Source: an uncultured archaeon
GTDB taxonomy: Archaea; Thermoplasmatota; Penumbrarchaeia; JASLWR01
NCBI GenBank assembly: GCA_964342815.1
Contig: CAYFHS010000007.1
Coordinates: 32,001 to 96,000, forward strand
Direction of reading: 5' to 3'
DNA length: 64,000 nucleotides
How positions within the stretch are numbered: position 1 is the first letter of the stretch; each line of letters opens with the position of its first letter. Shown one piece after another: positions 37,448-47,271 of the stretch. Made by a program: the position numbers and the translations under genes. Under the pieces are notes generated by a model, which saw only the letters and a list, made by a program, of their open reading frames with translations, was not told where the DNA came from and made no database searches.

Positions 37448-38956
37448 CTATCTTATGAAGATCATCTCGGTGGAATCCAATATTCTTCTAGCTCGCCTGA
37501 GCTTATCGGGATTACCACAGTAAACGGTTGCAAGAAGCTCACCCTTTGCCACGATATCCTCGAACTTATGGTGGAAGTAAATACCGCAGCCATGGTTCTG
37601 AGGAGCTCCCGCCATCCTCGCCACCTTGGCCACTATCTGGTTCTGGATGTCTATTATCATTCCTGACGTATTGGCAACGATATCGAAGGTAAGGGGTGCA
37701 AGGCGCTCTCTCAGGTCGTCCAAAGACACGTCTGGATCCCCATCTTGAGCTGCAATTATTTCGCTGAACTTTTCATAGGCTTGGCCGCTGTCGATCACTC
37801 TGGCCATGAGCTCCTCACCGGTACCATCATGGTGGAAGTGTTCCATCCCGATGAGTTCCAGCAGCTTGCCTCCCACCATGAGAGCTTTATTTCGGAGGTC
37901 TGCCGGGGCGTCGGCAGTAGAACGAAGCACCTTCAGAACATCCATTGCTTCCAGCACCGGTCCAATCCCACTTCCAATGGGTTCATCACCATCGCTTATC
38001 ACCACGGCGGCTTTCATTCCCAGTCTGCTTGCGATCTGTATAAGCTCCCGTTCCAACAGTTTAGCTTCCCCAATGTTATTGTACCTCGTTTCGAGACCCA
38101 AGGGTATGTCGAGCATTATATGGGTGGCTCCCATGGCGTATTTCTTCGAGAGTATTGACGATATGAGAAGACCTTCGGGATCGGCCTTCAGCGGTTTTCG
38201 TACCGTAATTAATTTGGCATCGGCCGGGGCGATCTTAAGGCCACCGCCCCATATGATACAGCCGTTGGTCTTGGAAACTATTTTGCGTATCTCGTCCCGG
38301 GTGAAGGTGACGCGGCAGAGAACTTCCATCACGTCCGCTGTACCGGCAGGTGAAGTGATGGAGCGGGATGATGATTTCGGGATGGTAATGCCGAGAGCTG
38401 CAACTGCCGGGACCACGATCGGGGTTGTTCGGTTTCCCGGGACTGAGCCGGAACAGTGTTTATCGGCAACTATATCCGTTTCAAAGTCAAGCATGTCGCC
38501 GGTCTCTGCAATTGCCTTGGCGAGATAATACGTTTCATCCAGTGTGGTGCCGGCCATGTAGGTGGAGGTGATGAAGGAAGCGATCTCAAGGTCAGTCAAC
38601 TTGGCATCCACTATATCACGGACGATCTCGAATATTTCCTTCTCGGTCAGCTGCTGACGGTCCATCTTGCGTATGATATGGCTGACCGAGCTGGGTTTAG
38701 GCGCTGGAAACATTGAAACTTCATCCCCGTTTTTTATACCCAGTTTGTCAAAGGTATCTCCGAAAAGCCCTACCACGGGATTCGTCTCGTACCAGAAGTT
38801 CAGGTGAGCGGTCACCCATTTCGAGTGATCGGCGGGATTCTTCACTATCACCCGGTCCATGGGATGAAGGTCCAGTTCCCTTGCGAAATTTTTTCCGAGT
38901 ACAACCACGTCATGACCGCCTGACAGCAGGGGCAAACGTTTTGCTGGAACTCTCAT
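37448..38956 (-). CDS. deoA: AMP phosphorylase (thymidine phosphorylase family)
   Basis: N-terminal extension, DKH..VPGN, KSSSRSITSPAGTAD, GGGLKIAPAD, SILSKKYAMG, GIGPVLEA. Confidence 0.88.
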   Translation of the reverse strand: MRVPAKRLPLLSGGHDVVVLGKNFARELDLHPMDRVIVKNPADHSKWVTAHLNFWYETNPVVGLFGDTFDKLGIKNGDEVSMFPAPKPSSVSHIIRKMDRQQLTEKEIFEIVRDIVDAKLTDLEIASFITSTYMAGTTLDETYYLAKAIAETGDMLDFETDIVADKHCSGSVPGNRTTPIVVPAVAALGITIPKSSSRSITSPAGTADVMEVLCRVTFTRDEIRKIVSKTNGCIIWGGGLKIAPADAKLITVRKPLKADPEGLLISSILSKKYAMGATHIMLDIPLGLETRYNNIGEAKLLERELIQIASRLGMKAAVVISDGDEPIGSGIGPVLEAMDVLKVLRSTADAPADLRNKALMVGGKLLELIGMEHFHHDGTGEELMARVIDSGQAYEKFSEIIAAQDGDPDVSLDDLRERLAPLTFDIVANTSGMIIDIQNQIVAKVARMAGAPQNHGCGIYFHHKFEDIVAKGELLATVYCGNPDKLRRARRILDSTEMIFIR

Positions 38957-38981
38957 GTATATTTCTCCACGGGAAAAAAAT

Positions 38982-39752
38982 TTAAAATGATTTTTTTATC
39001 TTCTTTTTAATGTCCTTTGCTACCTTATCCACCATTGAAAGCAGGTCATCTCCCGTTTTCTTCAGGACCTTCTTGGCTTTTTTGGAATCGTCCTTAACCG
39101 TTTTTTTAAGACCTTTGTTTTCCATCTCGGTTCTTTTATTCTCCACGGTATCCTTTAGAGATAGTAGAATTTTTTCAATTTCACGAAGACCGGAAATTGC
39201 TTCTTTTTCAAGATCCAATTCGTGAAACTCTTTTTTTAGTTCGTCCGCTTTGTTTTTTGTATCCTTAATGATCTCTTTAACTTTCTTTTTCCCCGTTTTT
39301 TCCTTCTTTTCAGTTTTATCTTTACCTTTCTTCTTTGTAACTTTTTTCTCTTTCTCAGCTTTTTCCTTGTCTTTTTTATCCTTTTTGTCGGCTTTCTTCT
39401 TCGTTTCTTTTTCTTCCTTTTCAGCTTTTTTTCTGTCTTTTTTATCCTTTTTCCCTTTCTTTTTCGCTTCCTTTTCTTCTTTTTCAGCCTTTTTCCGAGC
39501 TTCTTTATCCTTTTTCGTTTCTTTCTTCCCTTCCTGGGGCTCTTTTCCGGATTTTTTCAACTCTTTGGTCTTCTTCTTTGCATCTTCTTTTAACTCATCA
39601 ACCTTCTTTTTGGCCTCTTCCTTGATGCCTTTGACCTTCTTCTTCACTTCATTTTTAACATCCTTGATAACCTGCTCTACATCGATATCGATGCTCTTGT
39701 CGTTTTTTGCTTTCTTTTTTGAAGCGGCTCCTTTTCCAGGCATTTGAATCAC
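38982..39752 (-). CDS. Lys/Glu-rich low-complexity protein
   Basis: Three ~21-aa repeats (KKDK.xRKKAEKEEKExKKKG) and an amphipathic C-terminal helix. Confidence 0.65.
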   Translation of the reverse strand: MIQMPGKGAASKKKAKNDKSIDIDVEQVIKDVKNEVKKKVKGIKEEAKKKVDELKEDAKKKTKELKKSGKEPQEGKKETKKDKEARKKAEKEEKEAKKKGKKDKKDRKKAEKEEKETKKKADKKDKKDKEKAEKEKKVTKKKGKDKTEKKEKTGKKKVKEIIKDTKNKADELKKEFHELDLEKEAISGLREIEKILLSLKDTVENKRTEMENKGLKKTVKDDSKKAKKVLKKTGDDLLSMVDKVAKDIKKKIKKSF

Positions 39753-39894
39753 CGGGCTTATATCGTTTCGGGCTTATTTAATAATTATTGGTTTGAGTAA
39801 GATAAAGCCACTTTTTTAGAAAAATATTTACATCATCCATGGATGAATCAGGATTATCTAAAAGATTAAATAAGAACAACAGCATAACTCCGCC

Positions 39895-40440
39895 ATGCGG
39901 AGGCATGCATACCCTTACGGCAGATATTTGGTGAGGGACACCGGTATCGGTGAACTGGGATTGAAATTGAAAGATTTTATGGGGAAGCTGGGATTTTCCG
40001 TTATAAAATACAATAAGAAGAACGAGGGAAACGGCATACTAATAATTTCCGTCAACAAAAAGATAATGAACCTCATGAAACAGAAGAAACCTCCGGGCCG
40101 CATTCAAATGCTTCTGAGCAAATGCCCCATGAACGTGCATTCCATCCGCGACCTGGTTTTCAGTGAATTTGGACGAAACATGCTCACATTTCGGGAAATG
40201 GACTGCGAATCGCAGCGGGTTGGCGTAGAGCTCTATCTGTGGCCCATGGAAAAGGGAGCGTTGCTGGAAATATTTATTTTACCGTACATGGAGCGATTGA
40301 ACCGGCCGGAAATCTTCGGGCTGACGCAATCCAAGGAGGAAGAGTTCACCGACTGGTATCTCTGTGTCAGGATATGGGATGTGATGATACCCGAAATTGA
40401 GGGAGAATTCGATCTAGAGCTCATCCATATGAGAGCATAA
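39895..40440 (+). CDS. Hypothetical protein
   Basis: 181-aa ORF with plausible promoter upstream; no recognised motif. Confidence 0.6.
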   Translation: MRRHAYPYGRYLVRDTGIGELGLKLKDFMGKLGFSVIKYNKKNEGNGILIISVNKKIMNLMKQKKPPGRIQMLLSKCPMNVHSIRDLVFSEFGRNMLTFREMDCESQRVGVELYLWPMEKGALLEIFILPYMERLNRPEIFGLTQSKEEEFTDWYLCVRIWDVMIPEIEGEFDLELIHMRA

Positions 40441-40498
40441 CAACTGTTGGACTATGCAATAATCGTCCACTGTCTTTCACAGTTCTTACAAAATTTAA

Positions 40499-43400
40499 CT
40501 ACATATCGATCTTCATATCACCCGTTTCGCCTGCTCTCTGTCCCGAATACTCGGGAAGATATTTTGTATCATCATTCAATATTTCCTCCGGCGGAGGCGG
40601 CATGTAACCAGCCGGCTCCCGTTTCACTCCGTTGAATGAAACATTCATCGGATCCCTCGCTTTCCTTCGGAAACCTACGGGCACGGGTACTTCATCTCTC
40701 ACCGAGGCAATTTGGGGGGTATGGGTAGATTTTGGTATCTCTACCGGAACGGCGAACGATGCGTTGCATTTCGGGCAGACTCCTATCCTCTGCCCGCAGG
40801 ATCTGTGATACTTACCACTGCAGCTGCAGGTCATGATCTGGAGTCCTGGTTTCACAACACCCATGCAGATACCGCACATAACGGCTTCGGTGGCAGTGGA
40901 TATTTTCGGTCCCAGCGCCCCTGTTATCGGTGGGGTAGTGGATGAAGACGCCATTGACGATTCCCTGGATGGTTCGGTCTGGCCCATCAATCCCTTCAAT
41001 ATAATATCCAGACCGTCCAATCCGTCCATTGATCCGTCCCACACCTTCAATTTTAACTTATAACGTTCCCAGAGATGTATCAGAAGCCACCTCATCTTTT
41101 CTCGCAGGTTGTGGGGGGGATGACCGTGGAATACCACTGCAAGATACATTCCGACACCGCGTTCGAGATAGATGGTCATCTTGCCGTACTGTAGCGATTT
41201 TAATGAACCGGTTTCTTCTGAGAATGAATCCTTTATGAAATCTGTTATAGCGGTCAGCATCCCGCTCATAATGTCTTCATCCATGCCTTCGCTGAGTTTC
41301 GTCCCAAAAGAAACCGATTTTACAAGACGGCCATCAACGTATATCAGGAATATATCGCTGATAGAGAACTGCGTATCGATACCTACGATCTGGGGGCCCG
41401 AGGGTATGGGCTGAGGAGCTGATGAGGCAGGCGAAATTCCAGGTTCACCTGCTCTTAACGGCAGCTGTTCGACCTGGGTTGGAGGTGCGGGAACAGAAGG
41501 AGATTGGGGTGAAGGTGCTATTTCCGGTCTAACGTCAGAAAGGATCGATTCGATGGTGCGGGGCTCCTCCTTCGATGCTTGAGGTGGCGTTGAAAAAGCA
41601 GAGGGGACCGCCCGACTGGTTTTTTGCTTGTATGATGAATGTTTCACGCTGGGAGCAAATTGCGAGGGGGGTTGCATAAGCTGAGATGGGGGAGCTTGTT
41701 GCGGCCGCGAAAACGGGCTATCTCCCGGTTTCACAATGTCGGCTTCTACTTTTTCTAGTTCATCCTCCTCTTCCTTTGAGCGTCTTCTTTTCATGATTAT
41801 AATTATTCCTACCGCCAATATCAAAAACAATAACGCAAGTACAATTATTAGATAAACAGTTGTAAAGCCCGATGATTTCTCATTTGGAGATTGTTCATCA
41901 TCGTCGATTTGCTCCGCCTCTTTAGAAGTGATGTTCACGGGAATGCTGAAGATTTTCAAACCGCCGGGATGGATGATATCTACCGTTAATTCATAGGTAT
42001 CGGGGAAAAGCGAGGTGGTTCGATTTATTCCAATTATTACTTTCCGGGATTCGCTTATTTGAAGCCCTATCGTATCAGGCATATCCAGCAATCCGGATAT
42101 GATGCCTTTGGCCTTAAGTTCCACAAGAGTCGGTATGTTTCCTCCGTTCGAGATGGTAAGATTGAAAACGGCGCCTTCCCCATGCACAATATCTATCCTT
42201 TCCACATCGATCTCTGCAGTAATGTTGTAGATCGCCTCGAACCTTGTATTGACGGAAAAGCTCCATATGCCCTGTGAGCATCTTCCCACCATGGCACCAA
42301 TTACGGGAACAACTTTCCAGTAATAGGTATTGTTATCATCCAGATCATTAAGCTGATGCCATTGATCGAGGGTTTTTGCAATCTCCGACAGATTGTTTCT
42401 CTCAGTTCCAAGGTAGACAAGATAGATAGGCATACCATCGGTCAGGTTCCGAATATTCCAGGTAAGATTTACTCCAGTGGTGTTCATGATGGAGTTGTTC
42501 AGCGGAGAATTCAAGACCGTCTCGACAATCGTTACATTCGTTTGAATTGAAAAACTCCACGTTCCGTTTTGACATATTCCTTTCCCCCCTTTATCATTGG
42601 GTATAATACTCCAGTAATAAATTTTCCCATCTTCGAGGCCCGAGACTGTGAACTTGTTTCCAGTGATGTCGCTGGTATGAACTGATGGTTCTTCCATGGT
42701 CCCTAGATTCAACTGGTATGCAAGGTCATCGGAGGGATTGTCAATATCGTATGACTTCCATTCGAAGGTTACCGTGGCACCCCAGAGGACCGAGCCGTTG
42801 GCAGGGAGAAACAGTTTCACCAACGGAGGATCGTTCACTGCTGTAACCGTTAAGGGGATGGATATATTATTCGATCTGGCAGAATGGTTGTGTGTTTCAA
42901 ACGCACAGACAATGAGGAACGATTCACCGTAATAGTCACCTGAAGCAGTGACCTTCAGACGTTTGTCGTTTTCAACCGATGCCGTAATATTAAAATTCGA
43001 CGAAAGAACGGTGAATCCGATATCATCATCATCGCCATCTACCACGAAATCTGCCAGAGTCCATTCGGTAATTATGGTCGTATCCTCAGGTAGAAATATC
43101 GTATCGGGTAGCCCCGTCCAAATAGGTGGGTCGTTCACCCCGGTAATGATTATCTTGAATGAATTGGAAGTGGTGTTTTTATTATAAACGTTTGTGCAAA
43201 TTACTTGCACAGGGATACTTCCAGTGAAATTATCGGCAAGTTCGGTAATATCTATAAAAGAACCATTCATTTCTAGAGTAATGTTGGTATCGTCATAATC
43301 AAGTGTGAATTCTGGTGAGCATGCATCCGAATATTTATCCTCGAAATGGTTTGATAGGTTTAGGATACCAGCTTTAGGTGTGTCTTCGTAGACAATGATA

Positions 43401-46400
43401 TCCTCGATCACTCCTATCAATTTTGGTTTTTCAGGCGGCGACCAGTTCACGGCCCAATCGTAAAGAACAGGGGTTCGCGTACCGTTGGTTTCGAAGTGAG
43501 CTTGGAGATAGATCGAGTTATGGTCGATGGCGTTTATGGAGGATAGATCGATGTATTCGGATGTGGAGTTGTGAGAGATATTGCTTGCAAGTGTTTCATT
43601 GGTGGTTGTGTCGTGGACGGAGATGTTGAGATATGTGCCATTGGGGACAGAGCGGTTGAAATGCAAAGTGTTCCAGGTTTGGTTGAAGGGAAGAGGGATT
43701 TTCTCCGACTTTAGAGAGCTTTTTCTAGAATATTCATATCTATTTTTTAAAGACAAAATTTTTTCAGGTGTTAATACAGTATTAAAAAAAGATACGTCGT
43801 CGATGGTTCCCTCAAAATAATGGGATGTGCCTTTAAGTCGATATCCAATCCTTCCCCAGAGAATGTTTGGGGCTGAATTACATGCAATTGTTTTAATTGA
43901 GTGCCCATCCAAATATACAATAAAATTTTTATTAACTTCCCACGAAAAGGATAAATGGTGCCATTCTCCATTGTTCCATTGTGCTGGTATATTAATCCAT
44001 GTTTGGGCTAATGGCGCTCCTCCGGCCCATATATGTAACCCTAATCCCTCTTTATAAAAGGCAATATCATTCAAATCATTGGACCCTTTATCTCCAAAAT
44101 TTAATATTCCTTCATTTCCTCCGTCTTTCCAATCATCCTTCACCCACAACATTACAGTCCCAGCATTATTATTGATATTATTGAATGATTCAATTTCTAC
44201 GAAATCATCATCCCCGTCGAACTGCAACGCCTTTCCAAATCTCCCATTCACCCAATTTGGTCCATTCATCAAAGTTCCATTATTCCCATTTCCAATACCA
44301 TCATAAGCTATAATACCACTCCCTTCATCAAAACCCCAATAACCTTCGCAGCTAGGATCGTCAATTGGGTTGAATACGCTTATTGCGAGTTCTACCTGCC
44401 CTCCTCTTATAGCAATGCCTGTTTGGTACCCTCGTCGGATTTCTTCAGAGGTGCGGGCGACATTGGAGATGCGAATCTCATCGATAGTACCATCAAAGAA
44501 ATGAGCATAATCGAGATCCATGGTGCTTCCAATATATAATTTACCCGAATTTACAGGCACACCCGAAACCTTTTTGGTTTCCTTCAATATTCCATTTACG
44601 AAAACGTTGATTTCTGATAAATTATCAGTTACAACAATTTGATACCATTCGTTTGTATTCACGAAAAGATTTGACGAGGTTATTATTTCATGGCTCGAAG
44701 TTCCATGAATAAACCTAATATCATTATTGTCTTGTTGTAAAAAATAACCCGAATAACCCCTATTTGGTCTTTTATCGATAATGGAATGTACTCCAGAAAG
44801 AACATTGAATTTTACCCACACTTCAAGTGTAATCGCTCCGGTTATCTCTAAGCTTGAATTATCACCACAGTTTACGTATTCATCTTTTCCATCAAGTTCT
44901 ATCGCTCCCCTATACTTTCCTTCGACCCAATCGCTTACTTCCGAATTAAATAAAATACCGTTATTTTCATTACCACTATAATCTTTGATTATGTTCCCTC
45001 TCCCTTCATCAAATTTCCAATATCCAACAATTGAATTATCTGATATTATAGATCCGCCATCCCCCACAAAACTATCCCTCCATGCTTTTTCTGCCGTCCA
45101 TTCCACACCCCAAGAGTCAAGTGAGGGGGTGGCGGTAAGTTCGCCCGAGAACCAAGCTTTCAATCGGATGGAATTGGCCGTGATGTTGGAGATATCGATG
45201 GTCCGACCGGTGAGGTTTTCGTAGCCATTGATTGTTTGGTTGGTGGAAGCATTGAGGAAGGAAACGTTGATATAGGTATTGGTTTGTTCGGTTTTTGTGA
45301 GAGAACAGGTATCCCATTGCATTTGTTCGGGGAGTATAATAAGGGTTGAGACTATATGGGGAGATATCCTTAGTTCTGGATTATTTTGTTCATTTCCAAA
45401 AGAATTCGTAGGCTCAACTGTTGTATATTTACAGACTCTTATCCAATCAAATTCAATCTGATTTCCATTCCAGACATTTACCCATGCTGGTTTTTTATTA
45501 AGAAATACTTTATTACTGGAGCCCGAGTTTGCGTCATACCAACCTATAGTTTTATCAGGATACCTAGCTACTTTATAAATATGCCAATTATTATCGAAAG
45601 GTACAATTGGAACCCGTTCAATACTATTACCATCTCCTGCGTACAAGTGGCCACTATCAATGGGATGACGATAAACTGAGCTTATTTCATTTATTAATTG
45701 ATTTCCCCATTGACCAAATCCAACTCTAATTCGGTCATTATTTCTTTTACCATATGCTTCTATCAGATATCCAATCCCGAATTGTTGTAATGATTCTATT
45801 TGACCCGGATCTCCCGATAATATTATCTTTCCATTCTGAAGAGAAACACTCCCCCTACTAATCCATTTTGTATTGTCTAAATTTTGCGCTTGAAAATCAT
45901 CGTAGAGTTCGTAACATCTTCCATCATGAAAACCTCCAGGAGCCACTTTGTATAAATTGCTATTACTAATTGCTTCATTATTGCCGTAATACATCCAAAT
46001 TCTACTTATTTCACTCTTGAGGATTTTAGGTACTCTAACCCATATTTTACTAACACCTCCCTTCATCCATTCTTCAATCCAATAAGAAAGTATTATTCCA
46101 TTCTCATCGCTAAACCGGATATCTCCACCATTATTTTGGGCATTTGAATAATCAAAGTTATTCTGATTTATAGTAACTAAAATGGGATAATCAGTAAGAT
46201 TATAGCCGGAATGCTCTGAGATTTCGATGGACTTCCTGTAACTCCAGGCATTAAGTGGCCATTTTGTCACAACACCATTATCGATAAATATCTTCTCTTT
46301 CCACTCCACACCACTTTCATCCTCAAAATCATCAAACCACGATCCCCCGAAAGAGTCCTGTTCGAGATGAGTTATATTCTGGCCATCATTCGCTCTGCTG

Positions 46401-46537
46401 CGGGATTCTGCTTTAATATCCCCGATTCCACGGACGTCATCCGTAGACACTTTTTTCGTTCCCTGGTCAGGTGCGTGGACCGCTAACGAGCTCAGCAGAA
46501 GTATTACGGGTATCGCAATCGCAAATATCTTTTTCAT
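40499..46537 (-). CDS. Giant single-pass protein: DUF2341, two LamG domains, Ig/cadherin-like repeats, TM, cytoplasmic longin-like and C4HC3 Zn finger
   Basis: GGDIRFSDENG...YWIEEW (DUF2341); GYWKFDEG and FDGTIDEIRISN (LamG); VNDPP repeats; TM at about 41797-41858; CxxC-x11-CxC-x4-HxxC-x6-CxxC. Confidence 0.8.
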   Translation of the reverse strand: MKKIFAIAIPVILLLSSLAVHAPDQGTKKVSTDDVRGIGDIKAESRSRANDGQNITHLEQDSFGGSWFDDFEDESGVEWKEKIFIDNGVVTKWPLNAWSYRKSIEISEHSGYNLTDYPILVTINQNNFDYSNAQNNGGDIRFSDENGIILSYWIEEWMKGGVSKIWVRVPKILKSEISRIWMYYGNNEAISNSNLYKVAPGGFHDGRCYELYDDFQAQNLDNTKWISRGSVSLQNGKIILSGDPGQIESLQQFGIGYLIEAYGKRNNDRIRVGFGQWGNQLINEISSVYRHPIDSGHLYAGDGNSIERVPIVPFDNNWHIYKVARYPDKTIGWYDANSGSSNKVFLNKKPAWVNVWNGNQIEFDWIRVCKYTTVEPTNSFGNEQNNPELRISPHIVSTLIILPEQMQWDTCSLTKTEQTNTYINVSFLNASTNQTINGYENLTGRTIDISNITANSIRLKAWFSGELTATPSLDSWGVEWTAEKAWRDSFVGDGGSIISDNSIVGYWKFDEGRGNIIKDYSGNENNGILFNSEVSDWVEGKYRGAIELDGKDEYVNCGDNSSLEITGAITLEVWVKFNVLSGVHSIIDKRPNRGYSGYFLQQDNNDIRFIHGTSSHEIITSSNLFVNTNEWYQIVVTDNLSEINVFVNGILKETKKVSGVPVNSGKLYIGSTMDLDYAHFFDGTIDEIRISNVARTSEEIRRGYQTGIAIRGGQVELAISVFNPIDDPSCEGYWGFDEGSGIIAYDGIGNGNNGTLMNGPNWVNGRFGKALQFDGDDDFVEIESFNNINNNAGTVMLWVKDDWKDGGNEGILNFGDKGSNDLNDIAFYKEGLGLHIWAGGAPLAQTWINIPAQWNNGEWHHLSFSWEVNKNFIVYLDGHSIKTIACNSAPNILWGRIGYRLKGTSHYFEGTIDDVSFFNTVLTPEKILSLKNRYEYSRKSSLKSEKIPLPFNQTWNTLHFNRSVPNGTYLNISVHDTTTNETLASNISHNSTSEYIDLSSINAIDHNSIYLQAHFETNGTRTPVLYDWAVNWSPPEKPKLIGVIEDIIVYEDTPKAGILNLSNHFEDKYSDACSPEFTLDYDDTNITLEMNGSFIDITELADNFTGSIPVQVICTNVYNKNTTSNSFKIIITGVNDPPIWTGLPDTIFLPEDTTIITEWTLADFVVDGDDDDIGFTVLSSNFNITASVENDKRLKVTASGDYYGESFLIVCAFETHNHSARSNNISIPLTVTAVNDPPLVKLFLPANGSVLWGATVTFEWKSYDIDNPSDDLAYQLNLGTMEEPSVHTSDITGNKFTVSGLEDGKIYYWSIIPNDKGGKGICQNGTWSFSIQTNVTIVETVLNSPLNNSIMNTTGVNLTWNIRNLTDGMPIYLVYLGTERNNLSEIAKTLDQWHQLNDLDDNNTYYWKVVPVIGAMVGRCSQGIWSFSVNTRFEAIYNITAEIDVERIDIVHGEGAVFNLTISNGGNIPTLVELKAKGIISGLLDMPDTIGLQISESRKVIIGINRTTSLFPDTYELTVDIIHPGGLKIFSIPVNITSKEAEQIDDDEQSPNEKSSGFTTVYLIIVLALLFLILAVGIIIIMKRRRSKEEEDELEKVEADIVKPGDSPFSRPQQAPPSQLMQPPSQFAPSVKHSSYKQKTSRAVPSAFSTPPQASKEEPRTIESILSDVRPEIAPSPQSPSVPAPPTQVEQLPLRAGEPGISPASSAPQPIPSGPQIVGIDTQFSISDIFLIYVDGRLVKSVSFGTKLSEGMDEDIMSGMLTAITDFIKDSFSEETGSLKSLQYGKMTIYLERGVGMYLAVVFHGHPPHNLREKMRWLLIHLWERYKLKLKVWDGSMDGLDGLDIILKGLMGQTEPSRESSMASSSTTPPITGALGPKISTATEAVMCGICMGVVKPGLQIMTCSCSGKYHRSCGQRIGVCPKCNASFAVPVEIPKSTHTPQIASVRDEVPVPVGFRRKARDPMNVSFNGVKREPAGYMPPPPEEILNDDTKYLPEYSGQRAGETGDMKIDM

Positions 46538-46725
46538 GTTCGATCAACTCTAACTAGTAGAATATCAGTTTCTATTCAAGGGTTGCAGGATTAGTCACAA
46601 TCAAGCAATAATAGATAAAATTTTGCCTTAATGTTCCTGATGGTGTTTCCGAGTAGCAGACCCATCAACCATGTGTGCCGAATGTTTTTTATAGTTATGG
46701 TACCATATTGATAGTTGGTGAAGCC

Positions 46726-46980
46726 TTGAAAACAATCATTTCAATTCAAAGAGAAGGAAAATATTATGTGGCCACAGACCTGATCACAAATGTAGCAGAT
46801 CAAGGGAAAACGGAAGAGGAAGCAATTTCCCGTTTGAAACAGGGTCTTGAAGAACACTATCAAATACTTTTAGAAATGGCTCCGAAAGGTAGCAAGACTT
46901 CTTTTGTTGATATTGAGGTTGAAAAATATTCAGCAGAATCGGTCCCTCCGGGCTGCGATTCTGCGAACATTATCAAATGA
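46726..46980 (+). CDS. hicB: HicB-family antitoxin (C-terminus altered by an insertion)
   Basis: REGKYYVA...VADQGKTEEEAISRLKQGLE; GGTGA RBS before TTG 46726. Confidence 0.8.
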   Translation: MKTIISIQREGKYYVATDLITNVADQGKTEEEAISRLKQGLEEHYQILLEMAPKGSKTSFVDIEVEKYSAESVPPGCDSANIIK

Positions 46981-46997
46981 CCTACGGGCCATATGAC
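46930..46997 (+). mobile_element. 68-bp hairpin mini-element flanked by AATAT direct repeats
   Basis: AATAT at 46925-29 and 46998-47002; 46928-46968 matches the reverse complement of 58826-58865 at 37 of 41 columns. Confidence 0.7.
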
Positions 46998-47240
46998 AAT
47001 ATACCAAAGCTTCCGGTGTTGTCAGCTAATAAAGTTGTCAAAGCACTGAAGCGTGCAGGTTTTGAAGTCGTTCGTCAGTCTAGGAGCCATATCCACCTTT
47101 GGCTTAAAGAAAAAAGAACCTTAGTAACGGTACCAAATCACAATGAATTGGCTAAAGGCACTCTCATTGCTATCATTAAACAATCAAAAATGGAGCGAGA
47201 TGAGTTTTTCTCATATGTCCGCAAGAAAATAAAAAAATAA
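46977..47240 (+). CDS. hicA: HicA-family toxin (GSH motif changed to RSH)
   Basis: PKLPVLSANKVVKALKRAGFEVVRQSRSHIHL...VTVPNHNELAKGTL. Confidence 0.88.
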   Translation: MTYGPYDNIPKLPVLSANKVVKALKRAGFEVVRQSRSHIHLWLKEKRTLVTVPNHNELAKGTLIAIIKQSKMERDEFFSYVRKKIKK

Positions 47241-47271
47241 TTCTCGGAAAATAGGATCACGATTTAAACAA

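Noticed and set aside
39250-39747. 165-aa Phe/Ser-rich ORF
   Set aside because: Antisense shadow of the Lys-rich gene.
46980-46988. CCTACGG shared between the mini and long elements
   Set aside because: The 7-mer occurs in both orientations in the long element; too weak to use as homology evidence.
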